From a virus: DNA of 64,000 nucleotides. The stretch spans positions 6,822 through 70,821 of IMG/VR virus record IMGVR_UViG_3300017971_000034. The stretch is one strand, 5' to 3'. The notes under the pieces are model-generated. The model did no database searches. It was not told the DNA's origin and saw only the letters and a list, made by a program, of their open reading frames with translations. This document shows positions 48,008-56,849 of this stretch, in pieces (position 1 is the stretch's first letter; each line of letters starts with the position of its first letter). A program made the position numbers and the translations under genes.

Positions 48008-48430
48008 GTGATCACAGATGAAGAACGAGTATTCGCCCAGCGGTGCTACTACCTGGACACCGACGACCTCCGTAAGGAGCTCGTAACCTTCCCGACCCAG
48101 TACGCCTACTGGGCGTTCAAGTTCGCGGACGCCAAGAGGGAGCACCGCCTCACCAAGGTAGAGGTCGAATCGCTGGTCGCCGTACTCCGGGAGGAGATCC
48201 GCGAAGACCTCGAGGCCTCCGGGGGGAAGGTCACCGAGAAGAGGATCGATTACGCCGTCGCGTCCCACCCGGAATACCTGGCGGCCGTCAAGGAAGAGGT
48301 AAACGCCGAGCACAGCGCGCGCTGGGTTAAGGGTCTACTGATGTCCCTTGACAAGAAGGGCGATAGCCTGGTATCATTGGGCGCGTCCGAACGGCAGGAG
48401 ATAGAGTCGTTCGGTTCCAGGGCGGGGTAG
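48008..48430 (+). CDS. UvsY-like recombination mediator (putative)
   Basis: Helical; KVTEK.ID..V..HPEY pattern; adjacent to SSB. Confidence 0.55.
   Translation: MITDEERVFAQRCYYLDTDDLRKELVTFPTQYAYWAFKFADAKREHRLTKVEVESLVAVLREEIREDLEASGGKVTEKRIDYAVASHPEYLAAVKEEVNAEHSARWVKGLLMSLDKKGDSLVSLGASERQEIESFGSRAG
48348..48377 (+). promoter_or_regulatory. sigma70-type promoter for the SSB gene
   Basis: TTGACA-N18-TATCAT with extended TG. Confidence 0.6.
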
Positions 48431-48536
48431 CACCGGCTCTCCAACTCCTCCGGTCGTGGGTTACTTCCTGAGGTAGGTAGCCATCGCCGGTGCTGCCCCA
48501 CCCAGTTTCTTTAAGCAGGTAAGTGAGGTAAGTAAC

Positions 48537-49571
48537 GTGAGCAACTTCTACGATTACGGCGACTGGGACGACGACGCTGCTACTGAGGAGGACGAGGAGC
48601 TGAAGCGCGGCTCCGGCGACTTCCGCAGGATCGAACCGGGTAAGGTAAGGGTCCGTTTCCTGCCGCCCCCTCCCGGCCAGCGCAACCCCTGGAAGAAGGT
48701 TTTCCAGCACTTCGTTAAGCCTCCCGGGCGCGGTGAGGACCCCATCGTCTTCCCCTGCCCCAAGAGGGAGGCCAACCGGCCGTGCCCCATCTGCAGGCAC
48801 GCCGACCGCCTCTTCCGGACCGGTGCCCAAGCCGACAAAGACCTCGCCTTCGACCTCTACCCCAACATGCGGATCTTCGCCGAGGTAGTCGTCCGCGGCG
48901 AGGAGGACCGCGGCGTTCAGATCCTCCCCTTCGGTAAGATGATCTACGGCAAGCTCATGAAGATCCGCCGCGACCCCGACAGCGGCGGCAACTTCACCCA
49001 CCCCCTACACGGCTTCGATATCATCATCGAGCGCGAGGGTACCGGTAAGCGGGATACCCGCTACGACACACGTACCGTCATGCAACAGTCCCCGCTCGGT
49101 ACACCCGAACAGATGGAGCTGTGGCTCGACCCCGACGAGCGGAAGGACCTCAACCGCTTCGCCGTTCCCGTCCCCGTCGAGACCGTCGAGCGTGCCCTGG
49201 CCCTCGCCACCGGTGGGGAGCCGGACCCCGTCTCCTCCGAGGTCGTCCCGGCGGGACGCCGCCTCAACTCCGCCCGCAACGTAACACCGCGCGCGCAGGA
49301 CCAGCTCTACAGGACCACCGCCGCCGGCCTCCGACAGTACTCCAACGGGTTCAAGCGGGACGGCCTCAACCCCTCCTTCACCACCTTCAAAAACTGCGCC
49401 ATCCTGGCCAAGGGTGAGAAGTCCATCCGGGTCCGGTTCGACGACAGGGACGAGTGGGTTCCGTTCAGCCAGATCGGGGACGACTCCGAACTCTGGGAAG
49501 ACTGCGAGGTGGGAGAGGAGGGTGACCTCATCGTTACCGAGTGGTGGGCCACCAAAAACTTCCTCCTCTAA
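48537..49571 (+). CDS. gp32-like single-stranded DNA-binding protein with an extra C-terminal domain
   Basis: VRFLPP, H..C..CPIC zinc site, GFDIIIEREGTG..TRY. Confidence 0.82.
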   Translation: MSNFYDYGDWDDDAATEEDEELKRGSGDFRRIEPGKVRVRFLPPPPGQRNPWKKVFQHFVKPPGRGEDPIVFPCPKREANRPCPICRHADRLFRTGAQADKDLAFDLYPNMRIFAEVVVRGEEDRGVQILPFGKMIYGKLMKIRRDPDSGGNFTHPLHGFDIIIEREGTGKRDTRYDTRTVMQQSPLGTPEQMELWLDPDERKDLNRFAVPVPVETVERALALATGGEPDPVSSEVVPAGRRLNSARNVTPRAQDQLYRTTAAGLRQYSNGFKRDGLNPSFTTFKNCAILAKGEKSIRVRFDDRDEWVPFSQIGDDSELWEDCEVGEEGDLIVTEWWATKNFLL

Positions 49572-49697
49572 CTTTACCAGGAAGGCCCCTCCGAAATACC
49601 CGGGGACCCCCTCACACAATAGTCGGTGGGGTGGTAGCCCCAGTCACCGGAAGGGGCCTCCCGCACAATACAGAAGCTATAAGGAGGAGGAAGTTAG

Positions 49698-50447
49698 ATG
49701 TTGATGCTACACGACGGGGGTAAAGAGCAAGAGACCCCACACTTCATCCGCTACTTCGAGGCGACGATGGGGATGCTGGACTCCGTCCCCCTGCCACCCG
49801 AGACGCGTACGTACCTACCCATAGGTCACCGGGAACTCATCGAGACCGTTAGGGAAGGTTTCTCCAGTTCCGTCGGGCTGGAACCGGTTGAAGAGTCCCT
49901 TTCCCTGGCCCGGGGCGGCAACCAGATGTTCTACGTCGGCCGGTACGGCCACTGCGAGGAGCTCGGTACCGGTCTCGCCGTCGGGCTACGCAACTCGTAC
50001 GATAAGTCCCTGGCCGCCGGTATGTGCTGCGGCGCGAAGGTATTCGTCTGCGACAACCTGTGCTTCGACGGGGACGTCGTGGTGTTCCGAAAGCACACCA
50101 AGCACGGTATGCGGGACGTACGAAAACTCGTATCCGAGGCCGCTGAACTGGCCGAGGACCGGTTCTACGAGATGGTCGCAGACTTCGACGCCTTTCGGGA
50201 GGCGGAGCTCTCCGAGGAGGAAGGCTTCGCCCTACTGGGGAGGCTGTTCTACCGGAAAGTATTGAAGGTCAAGCAGTTTACCGTAGCGTCCAACGAGTGG
50301 CGCTCCCCCTCCCACGATACCTTCGACGACCGGTCGGTCTGGTCATTCTACAACTCCGTAACCGCCGCCCTGAAGACCGCCGGTCCCGGTAACGTGTTCC
50401 AGCTGCATTCCAGGCTGCACCGGTTCGTGCACGAAGAGGTTCTGTGA
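49698..50447 (+). CDS. DUF932-like protein
   Basis: TY.PIGH, GLRNSYDKS, VFVCDNLCF, RKHT. Confidence 0.75.
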   Translation: MLMLHDGGKEQETPHFIRYFEATMGMLDSVPLPPETRTYLPIGHRELIETVREGFSSSVGLEPVEESLSLARGGNQMFYVGRYGHCEELGTGLAVGLRNSYDKSLAAGMCCGAKVFVCDNLCFDGDVVVFRKHTKHGMRDVRKLVSEAAELAEDRFYEMVADFDAFREAELSEEEGFALLGRLFYRKVLKVKQFTVASNEWRSPSHDTFDDRSVWSFYNSVTAALKTAGPGNVFQLHSRLHRFVHEEVL

Positions 50448-50737
50448 TCGCCATACTACTATACGCCGCGGCCTCCTGGTACGCCGTGAAGGCCCGACGA
50501 ATGATCGGTACTACTCGCGGCATCAACTACCGCGAGGTTGCCGAACGCCTCGAGAAGCCGGCGTGGTACCTGTTGGTAGTGGCCGTATCGGTTACCGCCA
50601 CCCTGTACGGGTGGTGGTCCGGGATTGGCGCTGAGCTGGCCGCCTGTGAAGCGGCGGGCGACCCCGCCGGAACGGCCTACTACTCCTACATCCTTAACAA
50701 ACTGGAGGTAGTGCTGTGGGTAGCGGTAGTACTGTAA
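50444..50737 (+). CDS. Small membrane protein
   Basis: Three hydrophobic segments. Confidence 0.55.
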   Translation: MIAILLYAAASWYAVKARRMIGTTRGINYREVAERLEKPAWYLLVVAVSVTATLYGWWSGIGAELAACEAAGDPAGTAYYSYILNKLEVVLWVAVVL

Positions 50738-50855
50738 CAATAGCCGACGTGGCAGCGAGGTGGGTGGGCGCCAGGACCATCCACCGCCACCACCTGAGTT
50801 CTTCGAAACCGTTCGGGATCAAGGCATTGGAGATCTTCAGTGCAGGGAGGGCATC

Positions 50856-51599
50856 ATGACGCTCGTCCTGTCGCTGTTCCCCGGGATCGGGTTACTCGAC
50901 CACGCGTTCGAGGCTGAGGGCTTCTGCGTGGTGCGGGGGCCTGACGTCCTGTGGGGCGGCGACATTCGGACGTTCCACCCCCCCAGCGACAGGTTCGACG
51001 GTGTGATCGGTGGCCCGCCCTGCCAGCGCTGGTCGCGGCTGGCCAATCTCGTGCGGCACGTCCACGGCGAGGATGCCCTTGCTCCGGACCTAATCCCGGA
51101 ATTCGAGCGGTGTGTGAGCTCGGCACAACCCGCGTGGTTCTTGATGGAGAACGTACCGGAGGCCCCACCTGCCAAGGTGGGTGGGTACGACGTGCACACC
51201 CTCGTGCTCAACAACCGGACAATCGACCGCGGGGACGGGATCGGCCAGGCACAGCAGCGCCGGCGACGTTGGAGCTTCGGCACCCCCGATGGACGTCGCC
51301 TCGACCTCGCCCCCGAGCTCGCCGTGCTGGACCCACACAGTGGCCTGTGCCGTGACAGCTGGCACATAGTCAGCTGACTCCAGCAGACAAAGCAACGACG
51401 TGGGCACGTGGAGGGGCGCTGCTCGCGCGCGTGGCTGGTAGAGGCGATCAAAGCCCAGGGGCTGCCCGAGGGCTGGAGTATCGCCCCGCCGTTCACGGTG
51501 CGCGCCGCGGTCCGTGCTGTTGGCAACGGTGTCCCGGTCCCGATGGGCCGAGCCCTGGCACGCGCAGTGCGACGGGCAATGGTCGAGGTGGCAGCATGA
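50856..51599 (+). pseudogene. C5-cytosine methyltransferase, broken by deletion/frameshift
   Basis: LFPGIG, GGPPCQ, MENV, QQRRR in one frame (stop at 51377); motif IX/X QGLP..VGNGVP in another frame. Confidence 0.8.
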
Positions 51600-51635
51600 C
51601 GAGGACGACACGATTCACATTGCATTCCGGCGGTC

Positions 51636-51812
51636 AGGTCGAACAGCGAGCTCTGGGAGGGGCGGGCCATGATCGGCGGCCGGGTGTCCAAGTCTCATCA
51701 GAACGTCACGCTCACGACCAACGTGCTCAAGCAGGCGGTGGGCTTGGACCTCGATGCCGCTGAGCAGTCTCTCGAGCAAGCACACGCGAGGGAGGTCCAT
51801 GTCGCGCAGTAG
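51636..51812 (+). pseudogene. dndB: 3' end of dndB (DNA phosphorothioation)
   Basis: Frame not in the ORF track: RSNSELWEGRAMIGGRVSKSHQNVTLTTNVLKQAVGLDL..EQ.LE. Confidence 0.75.
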
Positions 51813-51927
51813 CCGTCGTTCCACGCTGGCCGAGGGAAAGCTCTCTTCGGTCATCGACGCTCTCGTCGCAGAGGTCCGAAAGCTGTATCTGGACGACGAG
51901 ATCCCGTGGGTCGTGGGCTACAGCGGT
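51799..51927 (+). pseudogene. dndC: 5' end of dndC, truncated within the YSGGKDS loop
   Basis: GGAGG RBS; EVRKLYLDDEIPWVVGYSG then unrelated sequence; overlaps the dndB end as in native operons. Confidence 0.78.
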
Positions 51928-51994
51928 GTAGGGTCTGGGACCGGCCACATGCGCTTGGTGCGTAGGTGGCACCGGGGGACGGAGCGCCCCGCGG

Positions 51995-52801
51995 TTACTC
52001 GGACTGATAATTGACGAACAGCACCTCGATACCCGACGCCAGTAGCACCTCTAGTACCTTCTGAATCTCCGGAAAGGCCGCCCCGAGCAGGTACGGGGGG
52101 TACGGTCCCTCCTCCTGGGAGCTAGGCTCGAACTCGTCCTCCTGCAGCTGCCCTCCCCAGGGCTGGTTGGGTGGCCGAGCCCCGGCATCGTCCTGCAGGT
52201 ACGTGGGCGGCGCGAAGGCCAGGTCGTCGTACAGTACGACCTTTACGAGGTTATTGTACCCGCCCGCGCCCAGTCCCTCGGTAGCCTCCTCCACGCGGAA
52301 CGGCAGTATTAGGGCGGTATACTGGGCGGGCTCCTGGAAGGCTGCTCCGGACCAGTACGGCGCGTTGACGGTCGGCACCAGCTCCACGTACGACCCGGCA
52401 CCGACCGTGTCCGGACCGGCCACCTTGTAGACGTTTCCGACCAACCTGCGGCTGTCCTCGCCCAGTTCCCTAACCTCCACCCACCTACCAACGTGTTCCT
52501 GGTTGAAGGCGTACGGCCACTGGGCCGTTAACCGCCGAGGGTTAACGGGGTTTACCGAGACGACCAATTCGGTGTCGAAGTCCGACAGAGCGGCCCGCAG
52601 GAAGCGTATCGTGGCCCCGGCGGTACCGCGTGGACCGAATACCACCTCCAGCATAGCCGCCCGCCACGCGTCCTCCGAGATGGCGGCCGGGTACGGGATC
52701 CGGTAGAAGTCCGACAGGACCCTAAGGGCGGAACCGGCCGTCTTCCCGACCACGGTATCTCGGAAGGCGTCCTCGGTAGCGCTGAGCGGTTTAAGAAGCA
52801 T
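51995..52801 (-). CDS. Baseplate/tail protein
   Basis: Last gene of the tail operon; WRAAMLE...RGT wedge-like pattern. Confidence 0.6.
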   Translation of the reverse strand: MLLKPLSATEDAFRDTVVGKTAGSALRVLSDFYRIPYPAAISEDAWRAAMLEVVFGPRGTAGATIRFLRAALSDFDTELVVSVNPVNPRRLTAQWPYAFNQEHVGRWVEVRELGEDSRRLVGNVYKVAGPDTVGAGSYVELVPTVNAPYWSGAAFQEPAQYTALILPFRVEEATEGLGAGGYNNLVKVVLYDDLAFAPPTYLQDDAGARPPNQPWGGQLQEDEFEPSSQEEGPYPPYLLGAAFPEIQKVLEVLLASGIEVLFVNYQSE

Positions 52802-53513
52802 CTGGTAACAGCCCGGTTACGTGGTGCGGGAACAACTTCAGTTCGTCCGGAGGTACGGACGTTACGTCCAAGAAGACCTCGGAACCGCGGGACAGTGCTA
52901 CGCGCAGGTACCTGTCCGGAACGACGTTTAGAAGGGCACCGTCGGCCTTACCACCATATTCCACGTGTACTCCCTCTATCCACACACGCCCCTTGGTGGG
53001 AAACGTCAACGTACTCTCCACCAGGGCGGTACCCTCCCCCTCCTGTAGGTCGTCCACCAACCGGGTAACGGGAACGCCGTATATCTTCTGACACTGTAGC
53101 CCGAAAGCGTGTAGAAACGTCTTGAGAACGCCGTCCGGTACGTCCTCGAAGGCTGGGGTAAGCCCCGCGGATACCACGAACGCTATGGCGTTCGGGGCCG
53201 CCAGGGCGGGCGCTACGGTGGCGGCGTCTAGGGCCGTCAATAGGTACTGGGCACCGGGCGTTAGCTGTGGGTGTACCCCCAGGATTACCACCAGGTTGGA
53301 CGGGGCTACCTGGACCGACGCCACCGTAACCTGCGCCCCCAAAGAAGTGAGTACCTTTAAAGACCACTCCGAAGGATCGTCCACCGTGTCCGGGTCGACG
53401 GCCACGCTGAACGTCGCCCGCAGCGTGGAAAGGCTGGTAACGGCTACCGAATCCAGATAGAGGCCCCCCTCCACACCCCACGGCGACCCCCACGGTTTGT
53501 CCCCCCAGTCCAC
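52791..53513 (-). CDS. Tail/baseplate protein with Ig-like domain
   Basis: WG..PWG start, TFS.AVDP, LTPG.QY. Confidence 0.6.
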   Translation of the reverse strand: MDWGDKPWGSPWGVEGGLYLDSVAVTSLSTLRATFSVAVDPDTVDDPSEWSLKVLTSLGAQVTVASVQVAPSNLVVILGVHPQLTPGAQYLLTALDAATVAPALAAPNAIAFVVSAGLTPAFEDVPDGVLKTFLHAFGLQCQKIYGVPVTRLVDDLQEGEGTALVESTLTFPTKGRVWIEGVHVEYGGKADGALLNVVPDRYLRVALSRGSEVFLDVTSVPPDELKLFPHHVTGLLPDAS

Positions 53514-53514
53514 C

Positions 53515-54141
53515 TTACGGCTCCAACCTCGTGAGCGACCACGTAAGCTGCAAGTTGACCGCTGTAGCCGTTTCGGCAAGATGAGACAACGACACAACAT
53601 CTGCCGCAGATAGGTTCAGCAGACGATGAACGACGACCTGTGCCGACTCTCCCGACGTAACGGCGTTACTGTATGCGCGTACTGCGGTATCTTCGGTTCC
53701 GTTCACAGCCGGTACCAACTCAAACACCCAATCGGCAGCCGGTGCCCTGAACGTAGCTACGGCTTCAAACCGGTAGGCGCCGGCACCCGATGCTTGCACG
53801 GTAAAATCGTCCGATCCATATGTCAAGTACGGCGATCCCGACTCGTAGTGAGCTGTGGCACCGGTTACCTTAGCATAGGTTACAGACGTAGAAAAGGCAC
53901 CGTCAACCAGTTCAATGAACCCGTACGAGGCCCTCATCTTTTTAACAAGGTCCTCGACATTAGCAGCTGCGTGAACCAACATCGCCTGGATCAGATCAGC
54001 CGCCACAGCCTTGATATCGGCGCGCGACAGGTTGTAGTCGGCGGCCTGGGCCAGGGTGGTGTCCGGGGGACCATCGTTGGTAGTGTCCTGCTCGTTGTCG
54101 GGAGGTACCGACGACGGATAATTGGAAGTTGGTAGCGCCAT
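53515..54141 (-). CDS. Short fibre/receptor-binding-like protein
   Basis: ALPTSNYPSS start; C1q/BclA-like beta C-terminus; AT-richer 3' part. Confidence 0.55.
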   Translation of the reverse strand: MALPTSNYPSSVPPDNEQDTTNDGPPDTTLAQAADYNLSRADIKAVAADLIQAMLVHAAANVEDLVKKMRASYGFIELVDGAFSTSVTYAKVTGATAHYESGSPYLTYGSDDFTVQASGAGAYRFEAVATFRAPAADWVFELVPAVNGTEDTAVRAYSNAVTSGESAQVVVHRLLNLSAADVVSLSHLAETATAVNLQLTWSLTRLEP

Positions 54142-54145
54142 GCCC

Positions 54146-54727
54146 CTACTCCAGTATGGGTTCCTGGAACAGCGACCGGGGTCCAGTCGCGAACACCGGC
54201 TGTAACCGGTTACGTATACGGTACGTTTCCGCGCAGCGCATCCTGCGAACGACCTTAAGGCCCCCTTCGATCAGTATCTCCTGACCGAATCCGGCTCCGT
54301 ACTCTACCCCCACGTCGTACAATCCCTGGTTAAGCGGTGGAACGGTAAACACCAGACCTACCGACGATGGCGGACTAACCTTGTCGAACGGTGGATAGAC
54401 CACGGTCCCGCCGCCCGGAACTGCACCGTAAGCAAAATCACTAACGGGATAGGCGGTCCCCACGGCATCGTACAGACGGATACGGTACGGGTCCTCACCG
54501 ACAGCGGTCACCACGACCGTAACCAGGATCCCGCCTTCGTCAGGTACGACCTGTGGAAACAGGTACGGCGCCGGCGATCCGTCACCATAGAGTGGGCCCG
54601 GACTCCCGTAACCACCATCGAGGTAATCCCCGACCCACGCCGGGGGAGTTGGACTACCCCACCCGAAATCGGGATCATCCAACCAACTGCCCGGCGGGAC
54701 CGGGTTACCGTACCCCCACTCCGCCAC
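54146..54727 (-). CDS. Tail structural protein (IPT/TIG-like)
   Basis: WGxP repeats, PDEGG, FTVPPL..G.YDV. Confidence 0.6.
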   Translation of the reverse strand: MAEWGYGNPVPPGSWLDDPDFGWGSPTPPAWVGDYLDGGYGSPGPLYGDGSPAPYLFPQVVPDEGGILVTVVVTAVGEDPYRIRLYDAVGTAYPVSDFAYGAVPGGGTVVYPPFDKVSPPSSVGLVFTVPPLNQGLYDVGVEYGAGFGQEILIEGGLKVVRRMRCAETYRIRNRLQPVFATGPRSLFQEPILE

Positions 54728-54728
54728 G

Positions 54729-55652
54729 TTAATACCGCCTGCGCAGGCCGAAGGTAAGGAACAGGTCCTCGGCCGGTGTCGTCGGAGTCGGTGCGATCAC
54801 CCGTGCGGCCAGCACGTGAGAGGCAACCAGTGTAGGTGGACTTCCTAGCATCGAGTTGTTAACGGTAGGGGCTCTGGCTGAAGCTGGTAAGATGACGGTT
54901 GTCAGCAGCGTAGCGGCCCCCCAGTTGTTAGCGGCGAACTGCGCAAGTGTCATATCGTAGATCTCGATGCTGGTGTTACCGGTGGCGCCCGAATCCTTCA
55001 ACACCGCTGAGATAGTGTGCAGTGAAACCGACTCGGGCAAGATCTGTGCTACCAGCGCCTGCGACTGTGGCGTGGCCGCCGATACCAGGATCTGCCCCGC
55101 CACGGAGAACGAGACCGGGGTACGGGACTGTGTTACCGCCTTTGGGTTCGCGGCGACCAGCGGAGCCTCAGCCAGCTCCACAACACCCAAAGTACCGACC
55201 TCGGCAGGGTCGATATCCGACCCGGGGTGCGTGTGGGTGGTCAACAGGGACTTTAATTGCGCCGTCCACAGGAACAGTAACTTCACCTTGTCCTGCCAAA
55301 ACCGCTCGTACTTCGCGGGTATGACCTGCCCTATCGAATCGGCCACGTTTACGTGAACGCGGGCACTCTCCGGTGCCTTTACGAAGTCCGATTCGCTTGC
55401 TTCGGGGACGCTGTCCGTCACCGTAAGGAACACCAGATAGGTGCCGATTACCGTAACGTTTAACAACTTTGGGTTTTGAGTATTGGGGAAGTCGAGTGTG
55501 GCACTAGCCCCATCGGGCTGGTCCACGATCGACCACTGGTAGGTGTAGGGGCCTACGCCCCCCGATCCGCTTCCGCTCAGCTGCACCTGAGCCACAGGCA
55601 AATCGCCGTAGTTGTAGTTCTTATCGGCCCCAGCATCGGCTATCGGTGGCAT
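54729..55652 (-). CDS. PKD/Ig-domain tail protein
   Basis: PIADAGAD, YQWSIVDQP, GTYLVFLTVTD, HTH motif. Confidence 0.7.
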   Translation of the reverse strand: MPPIADAGADKNYNYGDLPVAQVQLSGSGSGGVGPYTYQWSIVDQPDGASATLDFPNTQNPKLLNVTVIGTYLVFLTVTDSVPEASESDFVKAPESARVHVNVADSIGQVIPAKYERFWQDKVKLLFLWTAQLKSLLTTHTHPGSDIDPAEVGTLGVVELAEAPLVAANPKAVTQSRTPVSFSVAGQILVSAATPQSQALVAQILPESVSLHTISAVLKDSGATGNTSIEIYDMTLAQFAANNWGAATLLTTVILPASARAPTVNNSMLGSPPTLVASHVLAARVIAPTPTTPAEDLFLTFGLRRRY

Positions 55653-55661
55653 ATTTCACCT

Positions 55662-56849
55662 CTAATAGGCTACGTCGTGACCGTAGAGTGTTACGTAGCA
55701 CCCATCAATTGCAGCACCAAGGGTAACGTCAACCTGCGGCGCGGACACAGGGAACGTCATGTCAGCCGCTACCGTTGTTACGGTAGAACCCCCTGGGGTA
55801 ACGTGTACCGCTGATACCTCAAGACTCGATCCTCCCGTAAACGTTAGGCGAAATGATGTCGTGGTCCCGTTTGAAATTGTGGGGTTTCCAACGATACGTT
55901 TATGAGAACTTACCAGCGTCCAAGTCGAACCGGCTCGGGAAAACGTACCGCTAAACAACGTATCAACGGAGCTAGCTTTGTCGTTATCGAGTAACGTTAT
56001 TCGTGTTTCATGGTCGGATATATCGGCTTCGGCGGTAGCGAGATCTGTATCAAGCTCCGTCATATCTCGCGGCGGGTTTTGAAAGTAAGCGTCGATCCCG
56101 CTTCCCTTCAGATTGGCCAGTTCGTAGGCGATCACCGACAGTACCCTGGCGATGCCGACGTGGGCCCACTCGATACCGACATCGTCGACGTTCGGGCCCA
56201 ACAACTTCCCCGACCGGTAGGTGAAGTCGTCGGCGTCAGTACCGGCCAGGTTCGCGTCCAGGGCGTGGATTAACGTGACCGTGGGAACGTCCAGGGTACC
56301 GCCTTGAGGCGTCCACCCAGTAACCTGCGCAAACTTAAACCACCCGCTACCCGGGTATGAAACGCTCGCGAAGAACGTTACCTTTCCGCGGGTACGGGTC
56401 TCCAAACTGACGCTGACCTCCGTCTGGGAACCGACGCTCCACTGGCGCCGGGTGTCCAAGTCGGTGTCGATGGGGTCCCGTTTAAACCACAGGTACGGTT
56501 CCTCCGACCCCCCTTCAAACGCCGTCAGGTCCAGTGACTGCGGCCCTTGCCACGACAGCGCCGGATCGAATTTGTACACGCCCCCGGTACCGAGGCGACT
56601 GGTGAGTGGGTCCACGGGTGGTGTGATCTCCCCAGCGTACAGTAGGCACTCGGCCAGATCAACCGTAACGTCCACCGCCGTAGAGGTAACTACGAACTCC
56701 ATATTCGTAAGCACGCCGGAGTGGGGACCTATCAGCCCACCCAGTACCTCCGCCAGGTACGCGTATACCAGCGTCTGTAGCGCGTTAGCGTCCGGTATGT
56801 CGAGGCGCTCGTTGTCCTCGAACCGGACCTTATCACCGGATACCACCAT
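55662..56849 (-). CDS. Tail fibre/baseplate-attached protein
   Basis: Follows baseplate J; DHETRITLL coiled coil; AT-richer C-terminus. Confidence 0.65.
   Translation of the reverse strand: MVVSGDKVRFEDNERLDIPDANALQTLVYAYLAEVLGGLIGPHSGVLTNMEFVVTSTAVDVTVDLAECLLYAGEITPPVDPLTSRLGTGGVYKFDPALSWQGPQSLDLTAFEGGSEEPYLWFKRDPIDTDLDTRRQWSVGSQTEVSVSLETRTRGKVTFFASVSYPGSGWFKFAQVTGWTPQGGTLDVPTVTLIHALDANLAGTDADDFTYRSGKLLGPNVDDVGIEWAHVGIARVLSVIAYELANLKGSGIDAYFQNPPRDMTELDTDLATAEADISDHETRITLLDNDKASSVDTLFSGTFSRAGSTWTLVSSHKRIVGNPTISNGTTTSFRLTFTGGSSLEVSAVHVTPGGSTVTTVAADMTFPVSAPQVDVTLGAAIDGCYVTLYGHDVAY

Noticed and set aside
51636-51927. Functional phage-encoded Dnd system
   Set aside because: Only about 290 bp; both genes are truncated and no dndD/E is seen.
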